Positions 1 to 9,412 of a stretch of DNA of 64,000 nt are shown one piece after another (within the stretch, counting starts at the first letter, position 1; each line of letters begins with the position of its first letter). Below the pieces are notes generated by a model. That model was not told where the DNA came from. It saw only the letters and a list, made by a program, of their open reading frames with translations, and made no database searches. The stretch is taken from positions 53,897 through 117,896 of the forward strand of contig JAJFVL010000046.1 in assembly GCA_021371855.1 (NCBI GenBank), read 5' to 3'. The translations under genes were made by a program, and so were the position numbers. This stretch comes from Bacteroidales bacterium (GTDB taxonomy: Bacteria > Bacteroidota > Bacteroidia > Bacteroidales > VadinHA17).

Positions 1-344
1 GTTTTAAGAGTTTCTTCGAAAGGATAAAGGTCAACAATCACTAAATCTATTTCAGGTATCTTGTATTTCTCAAGCTGTGCAAGATCCTCGCTATTTTCAC
101 GTCTTGCCAGTATCCCGCCAAAAACAGAAGGGTGTAAAGTCTTAACCCTGCCCCCAAGTATTGAAGGGTAAGTTGTAAGGTCTTCAACCTTTTCAGCCGG
201 TATACCAAGCTCATTTATAAAATTGAAGGTACCACCGGTAGAATAAATCTTCACGTCCAATTTATGGAGCATTCTGACTATATCTTCCAATCCCTCTTTA
301 TAAAAAACTGAAATCAGTGCGCTATGTATTCTTTTATCACTCAT
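1..344 (-). CDS. purH: Bifunctional AICAR transformylase / IMP cyclohydrolase PurH, N-terminal part (gene runs off the left edge)
   Basis: The reverse-strand frame is open to base 1 and its ATG is at 342-344. My own translation is MSDKRIHSALISVFYKEGLEDIVRMLHKLDVKIYSTGGT...LGGRVKTLHPSVFGGILARR...DLVIVDLYPFEETLK, which matches the MGS-like N-terminus of PurH. It is missing from the ORF track because it is truncated by the window edge. Confidence 0.85.
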   Translation of the reverse strand, partial: MSDKRIHSALISVFYKEGLEDIVRMLHKLDVKIYSTGGTFNFINELGIPAEKVEDLTTYPSILGGRVKTLHPSVFGGILARRENSEDLAQLEKYKIPEIDLVIVDLYPFEETLK

Positions 345-537
345 TATATGATGATTAGGATCGATATTTGAAATCCAGTTAGAGGGTTCAAAAATAGATA
401 TTTTTTTATTAACCTCAATACAATATATTTATGAATATCATCGATTTTATACTAAACTGATTTCAAAGCCGGATCAGCGCTTCAGTTTTAATTCGATCCG
501 AACTAATCCAGATATGAAGATTATCTGTTGATTTTCG

Positions 538-545
538 TATATTTG
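538..545 (+). promoter_or_regulatory. Candidate Bacteroidota sigma-A -7 box (TATATTTG)
   Basis: Exact match to the TAnnTTTG consensus, 33 nt upstream of the ATG at 579. Confidence 0.45.
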
Positions 546-578
546 ACATCAATAATTTATCGTAACTAAAATATTAAT

Positions 579-1826
579 ATGTTTTTCCGGCTTTTAAAAG
601 AGGGTTTTCTTTTCGCTATCAACTCTGTTTGGGTTAACAAGTTAAGGACCTTTCTTTCTCTTTTTGGAATTACAATTGGTATTTTTTCGATCATTTCGGT
701 TTTCACCGTGCTTGACTGGATGGAAAAATCGATCCGCGACAGTATTTCTTCACTGGGGGAAAATGTGGTCTATATTGATAAATGGCCCTGGGGTTTAAAC
801 AATAATGTTCAATGGTGGAATATTATCAAATGGCCTGCAATCTCAAAATATGATTATCAGGCTATTTTGACCAGATCAACAAAAGCAGCATCAGTATGTT
901 ACACTGTCATGCAGCCAAAACAGATAAAATACCAAAAGAATCTTGCAAACGATATTACTATCTGGGCAGTCACAGATGAATTTGAAACTTTAAGATCATT
1001 TGAGATTGAAAATGGCCGGTATTTCTCTCCTGAAGAATCCTCCTCAGGGAAAAATGTCGCAATAATAGGAGCAGAAATAGCTGAGAAGCTGTTTGAAAAG
1101 GACAATCCGGTTGGCAAACAAATAACAATTGCCGGGAAGAGAACCAATGTTATTGGAGTATTCAAGAAAGAAGGCAAAGGCGGCTTAAGTGATAACGGAA
1201 TGGACGAGATGACACTTGTTCCTCTTAATTTTGCCAAGACCTTCATAAACATGAGGAATAATTTCCTTGATGCTACCATTATGGTTAAAGCAAAAGATGA
1301 AGTTACTGTTCAGGAACTGAGTGATGAAGCTACTATGATACTCCGGGCTGCCAGAAGGCTCCAGCCGGATGAGATAAATAACTTTTCAATAAACAGGGCA
1401 AGTCTTATTTCACAGAGTTTCGATAGTGTCTTTGCAGGAATTAATATCGGTGGCTGGGTAATCGGAGGATTTGCAATACTTGTGGGAGGTTTCGGAATTG
1501 CAAACATCATGTTTGTTTCCGTAAAAGAAAGAACAAATATTATCGGCATTCAAAAAGCACTCGGTGCAAAAAGATCTTTTATTCTTCAACAATTCCTTGT
1601 TGAATCGGTCCTCCTTTCAATAATAGGAGGTCTTCTGGGCGTAATTATGATCTTTATTGCCACAATTATCATTAATTACCTTTACGATCTGAGCATTTAC
1701 CTCACTATGGCAAATGTGTTCCTTGCAATTTTCATTTCGGGAACTATTGGGATCATAGCCGGTTACGCTCCGGCACATTCTGCAGCTAAAATGAATCCTG
1801 TTGAAGCAATAGGTTTTTCATTCTGA
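579..1826 (+). CDS. ABC transporter permease, MacB/FtsX family
   Basis: 415 aa. It has an N-terminal TM helix, a large periplasmic MacB-type domain and a C-terminal FtsX-like 3-TM bundle ([25 protein letters not shown]). Confidence 0.8.
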   Translation: MFFRLLKEGFLFAINSVWVNKLRTFLSLFGITIGIFSIISVFTVLDWMEKSIRDSISSLGENVVYIDKWPWGLNNNVQWWNIIKWPAISKYDYQAILTRSTKAASVCYTVMQPKQIKYQKNLANDITIWAVTDEFETLRSFEIENGRYFSPEESSSGKNVAIIGAEIAEKLFEKDNPVGKQITIAGKRTNVIGVFKKEGKGGLSDNGMDEMTLVPLNFAKTFINMRNNFLDATIMVKAKDEVTVQELSDEATMILRAARRLQPDEINNFSINRASLISQSFDSVFAGINIGGWVIGGFAILVGGFGIANIMFVSVKERTNIIGIQKALGAKRSFILQQFLVESVLLSIIGGLLGVIMIFIATIIINYLYDLSIYLTMANVFLAIFISGTIGIIAGYAPAHSAAKMNPVEAIGFSF

Positions 1827-2600
1827 TATTACCCTGTTCGCATCAATCCAATTGGTCAGTTGAATAAACTGGTTAACAGATAGCTGCTCAGGCCTAAGTC
1901 CGAATTCTTTATAATCGTCCCTCTTCAGATCAAAAGCAGCTTTTACGGAATTCCTTAATGTCTTCCTGCGTTGGTTAAAACAGGCTTTTACAACTCTGAA
2001 AAAAAGAGTTTCGTCACAGTCGAGTTTTTTCACCTTGTTCCTTGTCAGTCTTATTACACCTGATTTCACTTTCGGCGGGGGTGAAAAAACATTTTCCGAC
2101 ACTGTAAAGAGATATTCCGTTTTATAAAAAGCCTGCAACAATACGCTCAGAATTCCATATGTTTTTGATCCCGGACCTGCACAAATCCTTTCAGCAACCT
2201 CCTTTTGCAGCATTCCGGCAATCTCAACTACCTTTTCGCGGTGCTGCAAAACCTTGAAAAAAATCTGGGTCGAAATATTATAGGGAAAATTCCCGATGAC
2301 AGCGATCCTCCCCGGGAAAAAGGTATCTATATCCATTGAAAGGAAGTCACCACTTATTATGTTACTCAGTTCCGGGAAATGTGCCTGAAGATAATCAACC
2401 GATTCATTATCTATTTCAATAACTTTGAAATCATCAAATTTTCTCTCCATCAGATAACCTGTAAGAATTCCCATTCCGGGGCCTATTTCAAGCACCGAAC
2501 TGTATCCTTCACCTGTCAACGACGATGCAATTCTGAATGCAATACCCTTATCTTTAAGGAAATGCTGCCCCAGACTTTTCTTTGGTTGTACTTTACCCAT
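1818..2600 (-). CDS. rsmA: 16S rRNA (adenine1518/1519-N6)-dimethyltransferase
   Basis: The N-terminus KKSLGQHFL, the SAM-binding motif [11 protein letters not shown] and the NFPYNIST motif are all typical of KsgA/RsmA. Confidence 0.92.
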   Translation of the reverse strand: MGKVQPKKSLGQHFLKDKGIAFRIASSLTGEGYSSVLEIGPGMGILTGYLMERKFDDFKVIEIDNESVDYLQAHFPELSNIISGDFLSMDIDTFFPGRIAVIGNFPYNISTQIFFKVLQHREKVVEIAGMLQKEVAERICAGPGSKTYGILSVLLQAFYKTEYLFTVSENVFSPPPKVKSGVIRLTRNKVKKLDCDETLFFRVVKACFNQRRKTLRNSVKAAFDLKRDDYKEFGLRPEQLSVNQFIQLTNWIDANRVISE

Positions 2601-2640
2601 CTGTTTTCTTTATCTTCTGAAATAATCTTTCTCTCTTTAC

Positions 2641-2692
2641 CTCTTCTCCTCTTCTCCCCTTCTCCCCTTCTCAATTCTCCCCTGGGAGAAGG
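2641..2692. repeat. CT-rich simple repeat (about five YTTCTCCCC units) ending in a short hairpin, TTCTCCC(ct)GGGAGAA
   Basis: Read directly: ctcttctcctcttctccccttctccccttctcaattctcccctgggagaagg. It lies between the stop codon of the ABC gene and the start codon of rsmA. Confidence 0.7.
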
Positions 2693-2716
2693 TGCCGGTG
2701 GAGGGCAGGATTTACA

Positions 2717-5700
2717 CTAGAACTGCAGAAGATCCCTGCCGTATTTTCTCACAACCGGCAATTTCAGAGATTCAAGGAATCTGATGAAACGCTTAAGGAC
2801 ATTATAATACAATGTTATAAACATGACAAAACTCATTATCCAGACAGCGATAATATTAAAGATCATTGTTTCTATTCTCAGACCACCAATCTGCTTAAAA
2901 GGTGCATAAAAATGAGCTCTTCCTGTTTTTGATCCCGGACGCATAAAAACCGGATCAGCTTTTTGGATGAATCTGTTTCCTGCATCATATATCTTACTTA
3001 CATTCATTCTGTTTAGTAATATATCGGCAAGTTTTTCATTATAATACCGGCCCCTCATCTTTATAAACTCTTCCTCTCCCATCCTGTCTGAAGTCTTTTT
3101 GTATAATGAATCTCGTTCGTATAAGACAGCCCGGTTTCTTATTCTGAATGAACTCTTCAGACTATCAAGAAAAAATTTTACCCCATTGGCTGCTGTCTCA
3201 TTGAATCTCTGATAATTCAGATTGCTGATCCAATTCCCGGGCTTAATACCTGATACTGCCGAAAGATCATTTATATGATAGCTAAGTTTCCTGAGGTTCA
3301 TTTCAGCTGTTTCAAGGGAGCCGGGATCTTTCACTGTGACCAGGCACTCATCGGCTGTGGTTTCCAAAATGGGGAGTAAGAATGATGCATACCATTCATT
3401 CTGACTTAATTCCATATCGTATTTGAAAAATGGCTTTTCAAATTTGTTGCGTTTGAACTGTTCCACACTCATCGCTTCATAAGCCCACCGTGTAACCATA
3501 ATATCGCCTATAACAGGCACATAGATCTTTCTGCTGAATGATTTATGAAGATCATCAAATTGTATCATGGCGCCTCCTAAAAGCAATTGCGGAACCAGAA
3601 TAAGAGGAATAAGGATATATATGCTGACAGCTGTCCGCATGCCGGCAGAAATATTCAATCCTATCAGATTACCAAAGCATGCAGTTGAGAAAAGGATCAG
3701 CCATTGTTCGAAAAGCATACCCTTAACTTCGAGTATCAGGTTGGCTACAAGTATGAACGACAGGGACTGGATTGCCGACAAAGTAAACAAAAAATTGATC
3801 TTTGAAAAAAGATAGCTCAGCCTGCTTATGTTCAGAAATTTCTCTCTCTCCAGAATTTTTCTGTCTCTGAATATTTCTTCAGCGCTTACAGTCAGCCCAA
3901 GGAAAAGGGCAACTATGACTGCCATGAAGATGAATACAGGATAATTTTTGTTATTTGCAAAGCTGTATTCACCGTTTTCGCTGAATTTCGAAATATAACC
4001 TAGTATGAATGCCAGCAACGGAGCCTCAAGAATATTAATGACCATATATTGCGTATCGGCTAACTTCCGGGTAAGATTTCTTCTGATAAATGTTCTGACC
4101 TGGTCAGTTCTATTCGGAATTCTGAAGTTACTGCGGGGAATTACTGTTTTTACCGGTGCGGTCATAAAAACAGGCATCATTTTCTTCTTATATTTTTCAT
4201 GCCATTCCTTTGGGCTCACCTGCCGCTCTACACCTGGACGACCTGAATTATCAATAACCTTAACCTCAACAATATGCAGGATACTGTCTGTTTCGACATT
4301 TCCGCAGTTCGGGCATTCGCTTTCAGCGGCATTTGCCTGTGATGTTTCGGTTTTGAAATAGACCAGAGCCTCAATAGGATTACCATCGTAAATCATATAA
4401 CCACCCTTATCGAGCAGCCATAACCTGTCGAACATCTTGAAAATATCTGAAGAGGGCTGATGGATAATAGCAAATACAAGTTTCCCGCTTAAGGCCTGAT
4501 TTCGAAGCAAAGCCATCACCTTTTCCGAATCGAAAGAGGAAAGCCCCGATGTCGGTTCATCAACAAATAAAATCACAGGTTCACGCATCAGTTCAAGACC
4601 AATGTTAAGCCTCTTCCTCTGACCACCGCTCACCTTTTTGTTCAGAAGGTCTCCCACCTGAAGATCCTTTATTTCATGGAGGTCAAGATCAAGAAGCACT
4701 TTTTCAACAGTATTTTTTAACTGTTCTTCATTATAATCACCGAAACATAACCTGGCGTTAAAATAGAGATTCTGATAAACTGTGAGTTCCTCTATAAGCA
4801 TATCGTCCTGGGGGACATATCCAATAAGGCCTTTCAGTTTTTCAGTATCGGAATTAATATCATAACCATTTACATAGAGGTTCCCCGAAGTGGGTTTAAT
4901 TTTTCCATGGAGTAAATTAAATAATGTTGTTTTACCAACACCGCTGCCTCCCATTATACCAATCAGGTTTCCCGATTCGACCTGAAAATTCATCTTTTTT
5001 ATCCCATTTTCAGAATTTTTGAAAAGGAATTCAATATTATGTCCCTCAAAAAATATTTTTTCTGGAAAATTTCTGGAAACAAACTTTTTAAATATTCTTG
5101 AATAATAGATAGGATCAATACCCTGACCCTTAATATTAACACCACGATCAAGCAGATAGGGTCTGCAGGAAATAATATCCCTCCCTTTAAAGTAGAGAGT
5201 CAGCGGTCCGTCATAAGCAAAAAGAAGTGTTCCCGTACTCTCAATATGCAGTAAAACGAGGTGCCCCTTGAATCCTTTGGCTCTGATATGCCTCCATTTA
5301 CCATAGTTTGTATAAAGACCTGCACCGGAAAGTTCAGGCAGATCGCTTTCAATTATCAGCAGACATTCGGGTGATACCTTATCATATTCTCTGCCAATCA
5401 TGAAAGCAGTGGCATTTTCATATTCTTTTTTGGGAATATTAAATGTCCTTGAAACGATGTCTATGATTGTCCTCTCCTGTACAGAAATCGTACCATCATC
5501 AAAAGCAAACTCTATCAATTGAAGAAAGACAATCATTCTTTCTTCGAGGAACAGTCCTTTTTTTATTTGCCTGCAGATATTTGTGATCTGAAATGAGATA
5601 AGTGAATCCTCATCTGACAGTTCATCTTTATTGACACTTTTAAGTTCATTTGAATAAAACTCAAGATTATTTTCAAAGAGGGCAAAGTATTCTTCTTCGA

Positions 5701-5830
5701 GATCCCGGTTAAGATATCTCCTCAGATAGTTGCGCAAAATCTTTTTGCCTCTTGATGAAATTCCTGAAGGATTTATTGTGGAAATAATTGCAAAAATGTG
5801 AATTAATGCAAGTAATACAGATTCTCTCAT
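2717..5830 (-). CDS. ABCG-like ABC transporter, fused ATPase and ABC-2 permease, with an N-terminal TerB-like helical domain and an uncharacterised domain
   Basis: Walker A GGSGVGKTT, signature VSGGQRKRL and Walker B ILFVDEPTSGLS are present, followed by a multi-TM ABC-2-type region and a C-terminal TM helix. I place the start at MRESVLL (5830) because the longer track ORF (to 5893) would read through the terminator hairpin of the upstream gene. Confidence 0.8.
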   Translation of the reverse strand: MRESVLLALIHIFAIISTINPSGISSRGKKILRNYLRRYLNRDLEEEYFALFENNLEFYSNELKSVNKDELSDEDSLISFQITNICRQIKKGLFLEERMIVFLQLIEFAFDDGTISVQERTIIDIVSRTFNIPKKEYENATAFMIGREYDKVSPECLLIIESDLPELSGAGLYTNYGKWRHIRAKGFKGHLVLLHIESTGTLLFAYDGPLTLYFKGRDIISCRPYLLDRGVNIKGQGIDPIYYSRIFKKFVSRNFPEKIFFEGHNIEFLFKNSENGIKKMNFQVESGNLIGIMGGSGVGKTTLFNLLHGKIKPTSGNLYVNGYDINSDTEKLKGLIGYVPQDDMLIEELTVYQNLYFNARLCFGDYNEEQLKNTVEKVLLDLDLHEIKDLQVGDLLNKKVSGGQRKRLNIGLELMREPVILFVDEPTSGLSSFDSEKVMALLRNQALSGKLVFAIIHQPSSDIFKMFDRLWLLDKGGYMIYDGNPIEALVYFKTETSQANAAESECPNCGNVETDSILHIVEVKVIDNSGRPGVERQVSPKEWHEKYKKKMMPVFMTAPVKTVIPRSNFRIPNRTDQVRTFIRRNLTRKLADTQYMVINILEAPLLAFILGYISKFSENGEYSFANNKNYPVFIFMAVIVALFLGLTVSAEEIFRDRKILEREKFLNISRLSYLFSKINFLFTLSAIQSLSFILVANLILEVKGMLFEQWLILFSTACFGNLIGLNISAGMRTAVSIYILIPLILVPQLLLGGAMIQFDDLHKSFSRKIYVPVIGDIMVTRWAYEAMSVEQFKRNKFEKPFFKYDMELSQNEWYASFLLPILETTADECLVTVKDPGSLETAEMNLRKLSYHINDLSAVSGIKPGNWISNLNYQRFNETAANGVKFFLDSLKSSFRIRNRAVLYERDSLYKKTSDRMGEEEFIKMRGRYYNEKLADILLNRMNVSKIYDAGNRFIQKADPVFMRPGSKTGRAHFYAPFKQIGGLRIETMIFNIIAVWIMSFVMFITLYYNVLKRFIRFLESLKLPVVRKYGRDLLQF

Positions 5831-5840
5831 AAAAGTGTTA

Positions 5841-5876
5841 AATAAAAAAGACCGCAAAGTCAAACACTTTGCGGCC
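5841..5876 (-). terminator. Rho-independent terminator after the lipoprotein gene
   Basis: On the minus strand a 9-bp stem CCGCAAAGT/ACTTTGCGG with a 5-nt loop is followed by TTTTTTATT. Confidence 0.7.
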
Positions 5877-5893
5877 CGATATTTTACTGGCAA

Positions 5894-6715
5894 TTATTTT
5901 ATAATTTGGCTTCTTACACTTTCAATAGCTTTTGTAATATCTTTAATGTTCTGCTCAGTAAGGCTGGTCCCGATCCCCTCGTATACTTTCTTTACAGGGT
6001 CAAGAATTTTTACAAAATCGCTGACAGTTGGTTCGGAGGAATACGGTTGTGTTATCTGGAGATAAAGATCGAATGATTTTTTTTGTTCAAGCAAAACTCT
6101 TGAAATACCTGCAACCTGATAAGCTGCTTCAGATACATGTGTAGTCAGATACATACCTTCGACCCATGCCCCGCCTACCACCAGAAGAGCTAATGATTGC
6201 TGATCATTTTCGCTAAGATATGCATAAGTCTTATTGAATGCTTCTGTAAGTATCTTTACCAGCTCATCTTTATTATCATAATTCTGTTTTATTTTATTAT
6301 AAAGCTCTTCATCGTAAATCTTTGACATATTGAGTTCATTGGCAAGGGATCTGATCGCATTCAGATAATTAATTACTCCCTGTTGCATATTATAGAGTGT
6401 AGCATAACTCAGATCGGCTCCATAGACACCCATATTTATTGCCCGGGTAGTGCTGCTGAAATATTTTTTTGCATTTTCAACCGGATTCGAGATGCCCATT
6501 ATATAACCGACTTCAAGTTCGGTCAGCATTTTTATCACAGATGCTGATGTAGGCAACGGATAAACATTTTTCTCAATTTGTTTATCCATTATCCTGACTT
6601 GCTCTTTTTCAACAACCTTCTGGCGTTTCTGAGCCGACTTGTCTTTACATGAAGTCAAACAGGCAGAACTTATTATCAGCATTAGAAATATAACACCGGT
6701 AAGAATCTTTTTCAT
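5894..6715 (-). CDS. Hypothetical all-alpha lipoprotein
   Basis: 273 aa. It has a signal peptide with a lipobox-like ...ISSAC / LTSC. I recognise no family motif. Confidence 0.6.
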   Translation of the reverse strand: MKKILTGVIFLMLIISSACLTSCKDKSAQKRQKVVEKEQVRIMDKQIEKNVYPLPTSASVIKMLTELEVGYIMGISNPVENAKKYFSSTTRAINMGVYGADLSYATLYNMQQGVINYLNAIRSLANELNMSKIYDEELYNKIKQNYDNKDELVKILTEAFNKTYAYLSENDQQSLALLVVGGAWVEGMYLTTHVSEAAYQVAGISRVLLEQKKSFDLYLQITQPYSSEPTVSDFVKILDPVKKVYEGIGTSLTEQNIKDITKAIESVRSQIIK

Positions 6716-6950
6716 TTTAAGTCAGTTTTAATTATAATTTATAAATCTGAAAATATTTATAAAAGTACTAAATAATATTTAAAAAATCACTGGCATATTC
6801 AATTTTAGATATTCACATGCCTTTATGATGTTTCTGAGGGAAATCATTAATTCTATCCAATTCGGCCTTTATTACTATACAAACCATCGTCACACTGTCT
6901 TCAGCATTTTTTATATATCTTTAGGCCCCGGAAAATATACTTTTTTATTT

Positions 6951-8123
6951 ATGTGGAATTTTGATGAACCTGCAAACAGAGAGGATACCTACTGCATTAA
7001 GTATGATCTCAGGAAAGAGATATTCGGTGTCAAGGATGTTATCCCGATGTGGGTTGCCGATATGGATTTTAATACTCCTGATTTTATAGTAAAGGCCCTC
7101 AGGAACCGTGTTGACCACGAGATATACGGCTATTCTTTCCGTCCCCCGGAATATTTTTCCTCAATCGCCAACTGGCTCGAACTCAGACATACCTGGAAAA
7201 TAGAAAAGGAGTGGATTTGTTTTAGCCCCGGAATTGTCCCTGCTCTTAATTTCTGTACTCTGGCTTTTACCAGGCCAGGTGATAGTATTATTGTTCAGCC
7301 ACCTGTATATTTTCCTTTTTTTTCAGCAGTTGAATCGCATGGCCGTAAGCTTGTCTATAACAGGTTGATAGAGTCTGACGGCAACTGGGTGATGGATTTC
7401 GATTCGCTTATTGCCTCAATTGACGGGAATACAAAAATGATAATCATATCTAATCCGCACAATCCTGTCGGACGGGTATGGAACCCTGAAGAACTAAACA
7501 GACTGGCAGATATATGCCTGAAAAACAATATTCTGATCCTTAGCGACGAAATCCATTGTGATCTTATTCTCCCTGGATTTAGTCATACCCCTATGGCATC
7601 ACTTTCTGAAAAAATATCAGAAAATACCATTACCTGTATTGCTCCAAGCAAAACATTCAATGTTGCAGGTCTTTCGACATCATCAGTCATTATTTCAAAT
7701 CCTGTTTTAAGAAAATCCTTTAAAAGAATAATTGACAGTATCCATATTGGCGATGGAAACCTGTTCGGTACAATAGCCTCAATAGCAGCATATTCGCAAG
7801 GAGATAAATGGTTAGATGCATTACTTGACTATGTCGATAATAATGTTGATTTTGTAGAAAACTATTGCGCTAAGATGATTCCTGAAATTATTCCTGTTTC
7901 GCCTGAAGCAACTTATATGATATGGCTCGATTGCCGTAAATTTGGCATGTCGGGAAAAGAGTTGCAAAATTTTTTTATTAACAAAGCAGGCATCGGGATG
8001 AATGAGGGATCTACTTTTGGCCCCGGAGGTGAAGGATTCATGAGAATGAATCTTGCCACAACCCACCAGACAGTCATTAAAGCCATGGAACAAATTGAAA
8101 AAGCTGTCTCATCCTTAAGATAA
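6951..8123 (+). CDS. PatB/MalY-type PLP-dependent C-S lyase (class I/II aminotransferase fold)
   Basis: The length, the ISNPHNPVGRVW motif and the PSKTFNVAGL motif (PLP lysine context) fit the MalY/PatB family. I moved the start to MWNFDEP (6951) because the upstream 42 codons look non-coding. Confidence 0.8.
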   Translation: MWNFDEPANREDTYCIKYDLRKEIFGVKDVIPMWVADMDFNTPDFIVKALRNRVDHEIYGYSFRPPEYFSSIANWLELRHTWKIEKEWICFSPGIVPALNFCTLAFTRPGDSIIVQPPVYFPFFSAVESHGRKLVYNRLIESDGNWVMDFDSLIASIDGNTKMIIISNPHNPVGRVWNPEELNRLADICLKNNILILSDEIHCDLILPGFSHTPMASLSEKISENTITCIAPSKTFNVAGLSTSSVIISNPVLRKSFKRIIDSIHIGDGNLFGTIASIAAYSQGDKWLDALLDYVDNNVDFVENYCAKMIPEIIPVSPEATYMIWLDCRKFGMSGKELQNFFINKAGIGMNEGSTFGPGGEGFMRMNLATTHQTVIKAMEQIEKAVSSLR

Positions 8124-8139
8124 CTAAATATACATACTA

Positions 8140-9222
8140 ATGGATAACAGAGCAAAGGTCAGGCTTACACTCGAAGATGGAACCATATATAATGGACGCT
8201 CTTTCGGATCACAAATCCCTGCTGCAGGTGAAGTGGTTTTTAATACTGCCATGACAGGATATCCCGAAAGTCTGACAGATCCTTCGTATCGCGGACAAAT
8301 ACTTTGTCTTACCTATCCTCTTGTCGGAAACTATGGAGCACCGGCTAAGTCTGAAGAAAATGACCTCTTTAGTTTTTATGAGTCTTCATCAATTCATATC
8401 TCGGGACTCATTGTATCAGATTATTCATTTGAATACAGCCACTGGAACGCAACGGAGAGCCTCGACGAATGGCTGAAAAGGAATAATGTTCCGGGAATAT
8501 ACGGTATCGATACGCGGGCTTTGACTAAAAGGATCCGTGAGAAGGGAGCAATGCTTGGCAAGATAGAACCCGAAAGAACAGAAATTGGTTTTTATGATCC
8601 GAATAAGGTGAACCTGGTCGCCGAAGTAAGCACCCATGACAAAAAAGTATATGGCACAGGGAAATACAGGATACTGCTTGTTGATTGCGGAGTTAAGTAT
8701 AACATAATACGGAATCTCCTGAAAAGAGACACGACAATTATCAGGGTTCCATGGGATTACGATTTCCACGAAGAAGAATTTGATGGATTGTTCCTTTCTA
8801 ATGGTCCTGGTGATCCGAAAATGTGCGGAGTCACTATCGAAAACATTAAAAAAGCATTTTCGAATGATAAACCTGTATTCGGTATTTGTCTTGGAAACCA
8901 ATTGATGGCACTTGCTTCCGGAGCTGATACCTATAAACTGAAATATGGCCACAGGAGCCACAACCAACCGGTTCTACAGGTAGGCACCGACAAAGCATAC
9001 ATAACATCACAGAACCATGGTTTTGCAGTGGATAATAAGACTCTGGGAAAAGATTGGGAACCGCTTTTCGTCAATATAAATGACCAGACCAATGAGGGAA
9101 TGAAACATAAAACAAAACCTTTTTTTTCAACCCAGTTCCATCCAGAGGCTTCAGGAGGCCCGACAGATACTGATTTTCTGTTCGATGTATTTATTGAGAA
9201 TATTGGTAATTCCCTGAAATAG
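8140..9222 (+). CDS. carA: Carbamoyl-phosphate synthase small (glutaminase) subunit
   Basis: It shows the CPSase small-chain N-terminal domain, the GATase motifs GICLGNQL (Cys nucleophile) and SQNHGFAV, and FSTQFHPE. Confidence 0.93.
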   Translation: MDNRAKVRLTLEDGTIYNGRSFGSQIPAAGEVVFNTAMTGYPESLTDPSYRGQILCLTYPLVGNYGAPAKSEENDLFSFYESSSIHISGLIVSDYSFEYSHWNATESLDEWLKRNNVPGIYGIDTRALTKRIREKGAMLGKIEPERTEIGFYDPNKVNLVAEVSTHDKKVYGTGKYRILLVDCGVKYNIIRNLLKRDTTIIRVPWDYDFHEEEFDGLFLSNGPGDPKMCGVTIENIKKAFSNDKPVFGICLGNQLMALASGADTYKLKYGHRSHNQPVLQVGTDKAYITSQNHGFAVDNKTLGKDWEPLFVNINDQTNEGMKHKTKPFFSTQFHPEASGGPTDTDFLFDVFIENIGNSLK

Positions 9223-9224
9223 TT

Positions 9225-9342
9225 ACACAGAGGTCCACAGAGAAATACACAGAGAAACACAGAGGAAAATCAATTAATTTATTGTATTCCCTCTGTCCCT
9301 CTGTGAATACTCCTGAGTTTCTCTGTGTAAGTTTTTCTTTTT
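9225..9342 (+). repeat. CACAGAG heptamer cluster (4 forward and 3 reverse copies) forming a long imperfect hairpin followed by a T-tract; probable carA terminator
   Basis: CACAGAG occurs at 9226, 9236, 9248 and 9258. CTCTGTG or CTCTGTC occurs at 9291, 9299 and 9321. The outer 8-bp pairing is ACACAGAG/CTCTGTGT, followed by GTTTTTCTTTTT. Confidence 0.6.
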
Positions 9343-9412
9343 AAGAATAATAACAAAAAACTCAAATTCATATGGTGAAATAGCCCTCCCTTCAGAAGTG
9401 GGGAGCAAAAAT

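Noticed and set aside
2379-2720. A plus-strand 113-aa ORF ending ...PSPLLNSPLGEGAGGGQDLH.
   Set aside because: It is antisense to rsmA for most of its length, and its tail is simply the CT-rich simple repeat translated.
5831-5893. The upstream 21 codons of the large ABC ORF (MPVKYRAAKCLTLRSFLFNTF).
   Set aside because: This stretch overlaps the stem-loop and T-tract that terminate the lipoprotein gene. The internal Met at 5830 is the more plausible start.
6825-6950. The upstream 42 codons of the PatB-like ORF (MMFLREIINSIQFGLYYYTNHRH...).
   Set aside because: The composition is low-complexity and aromatic-rich with no similarity to aminotransferase N-termini. The family-typical sequence starts at MWNFDEP.
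9225-9328. Whether the CACAGAG cluster, or the AAAGTTN arrays at 12176 and 16034, could be a CRISPR array.
   Set aside because: The repeat units are only 7 nt long, there are no unique spacers of 25-40 nt, and no cas genes lie nearby. These are simple-sequence or hairpin repeats.
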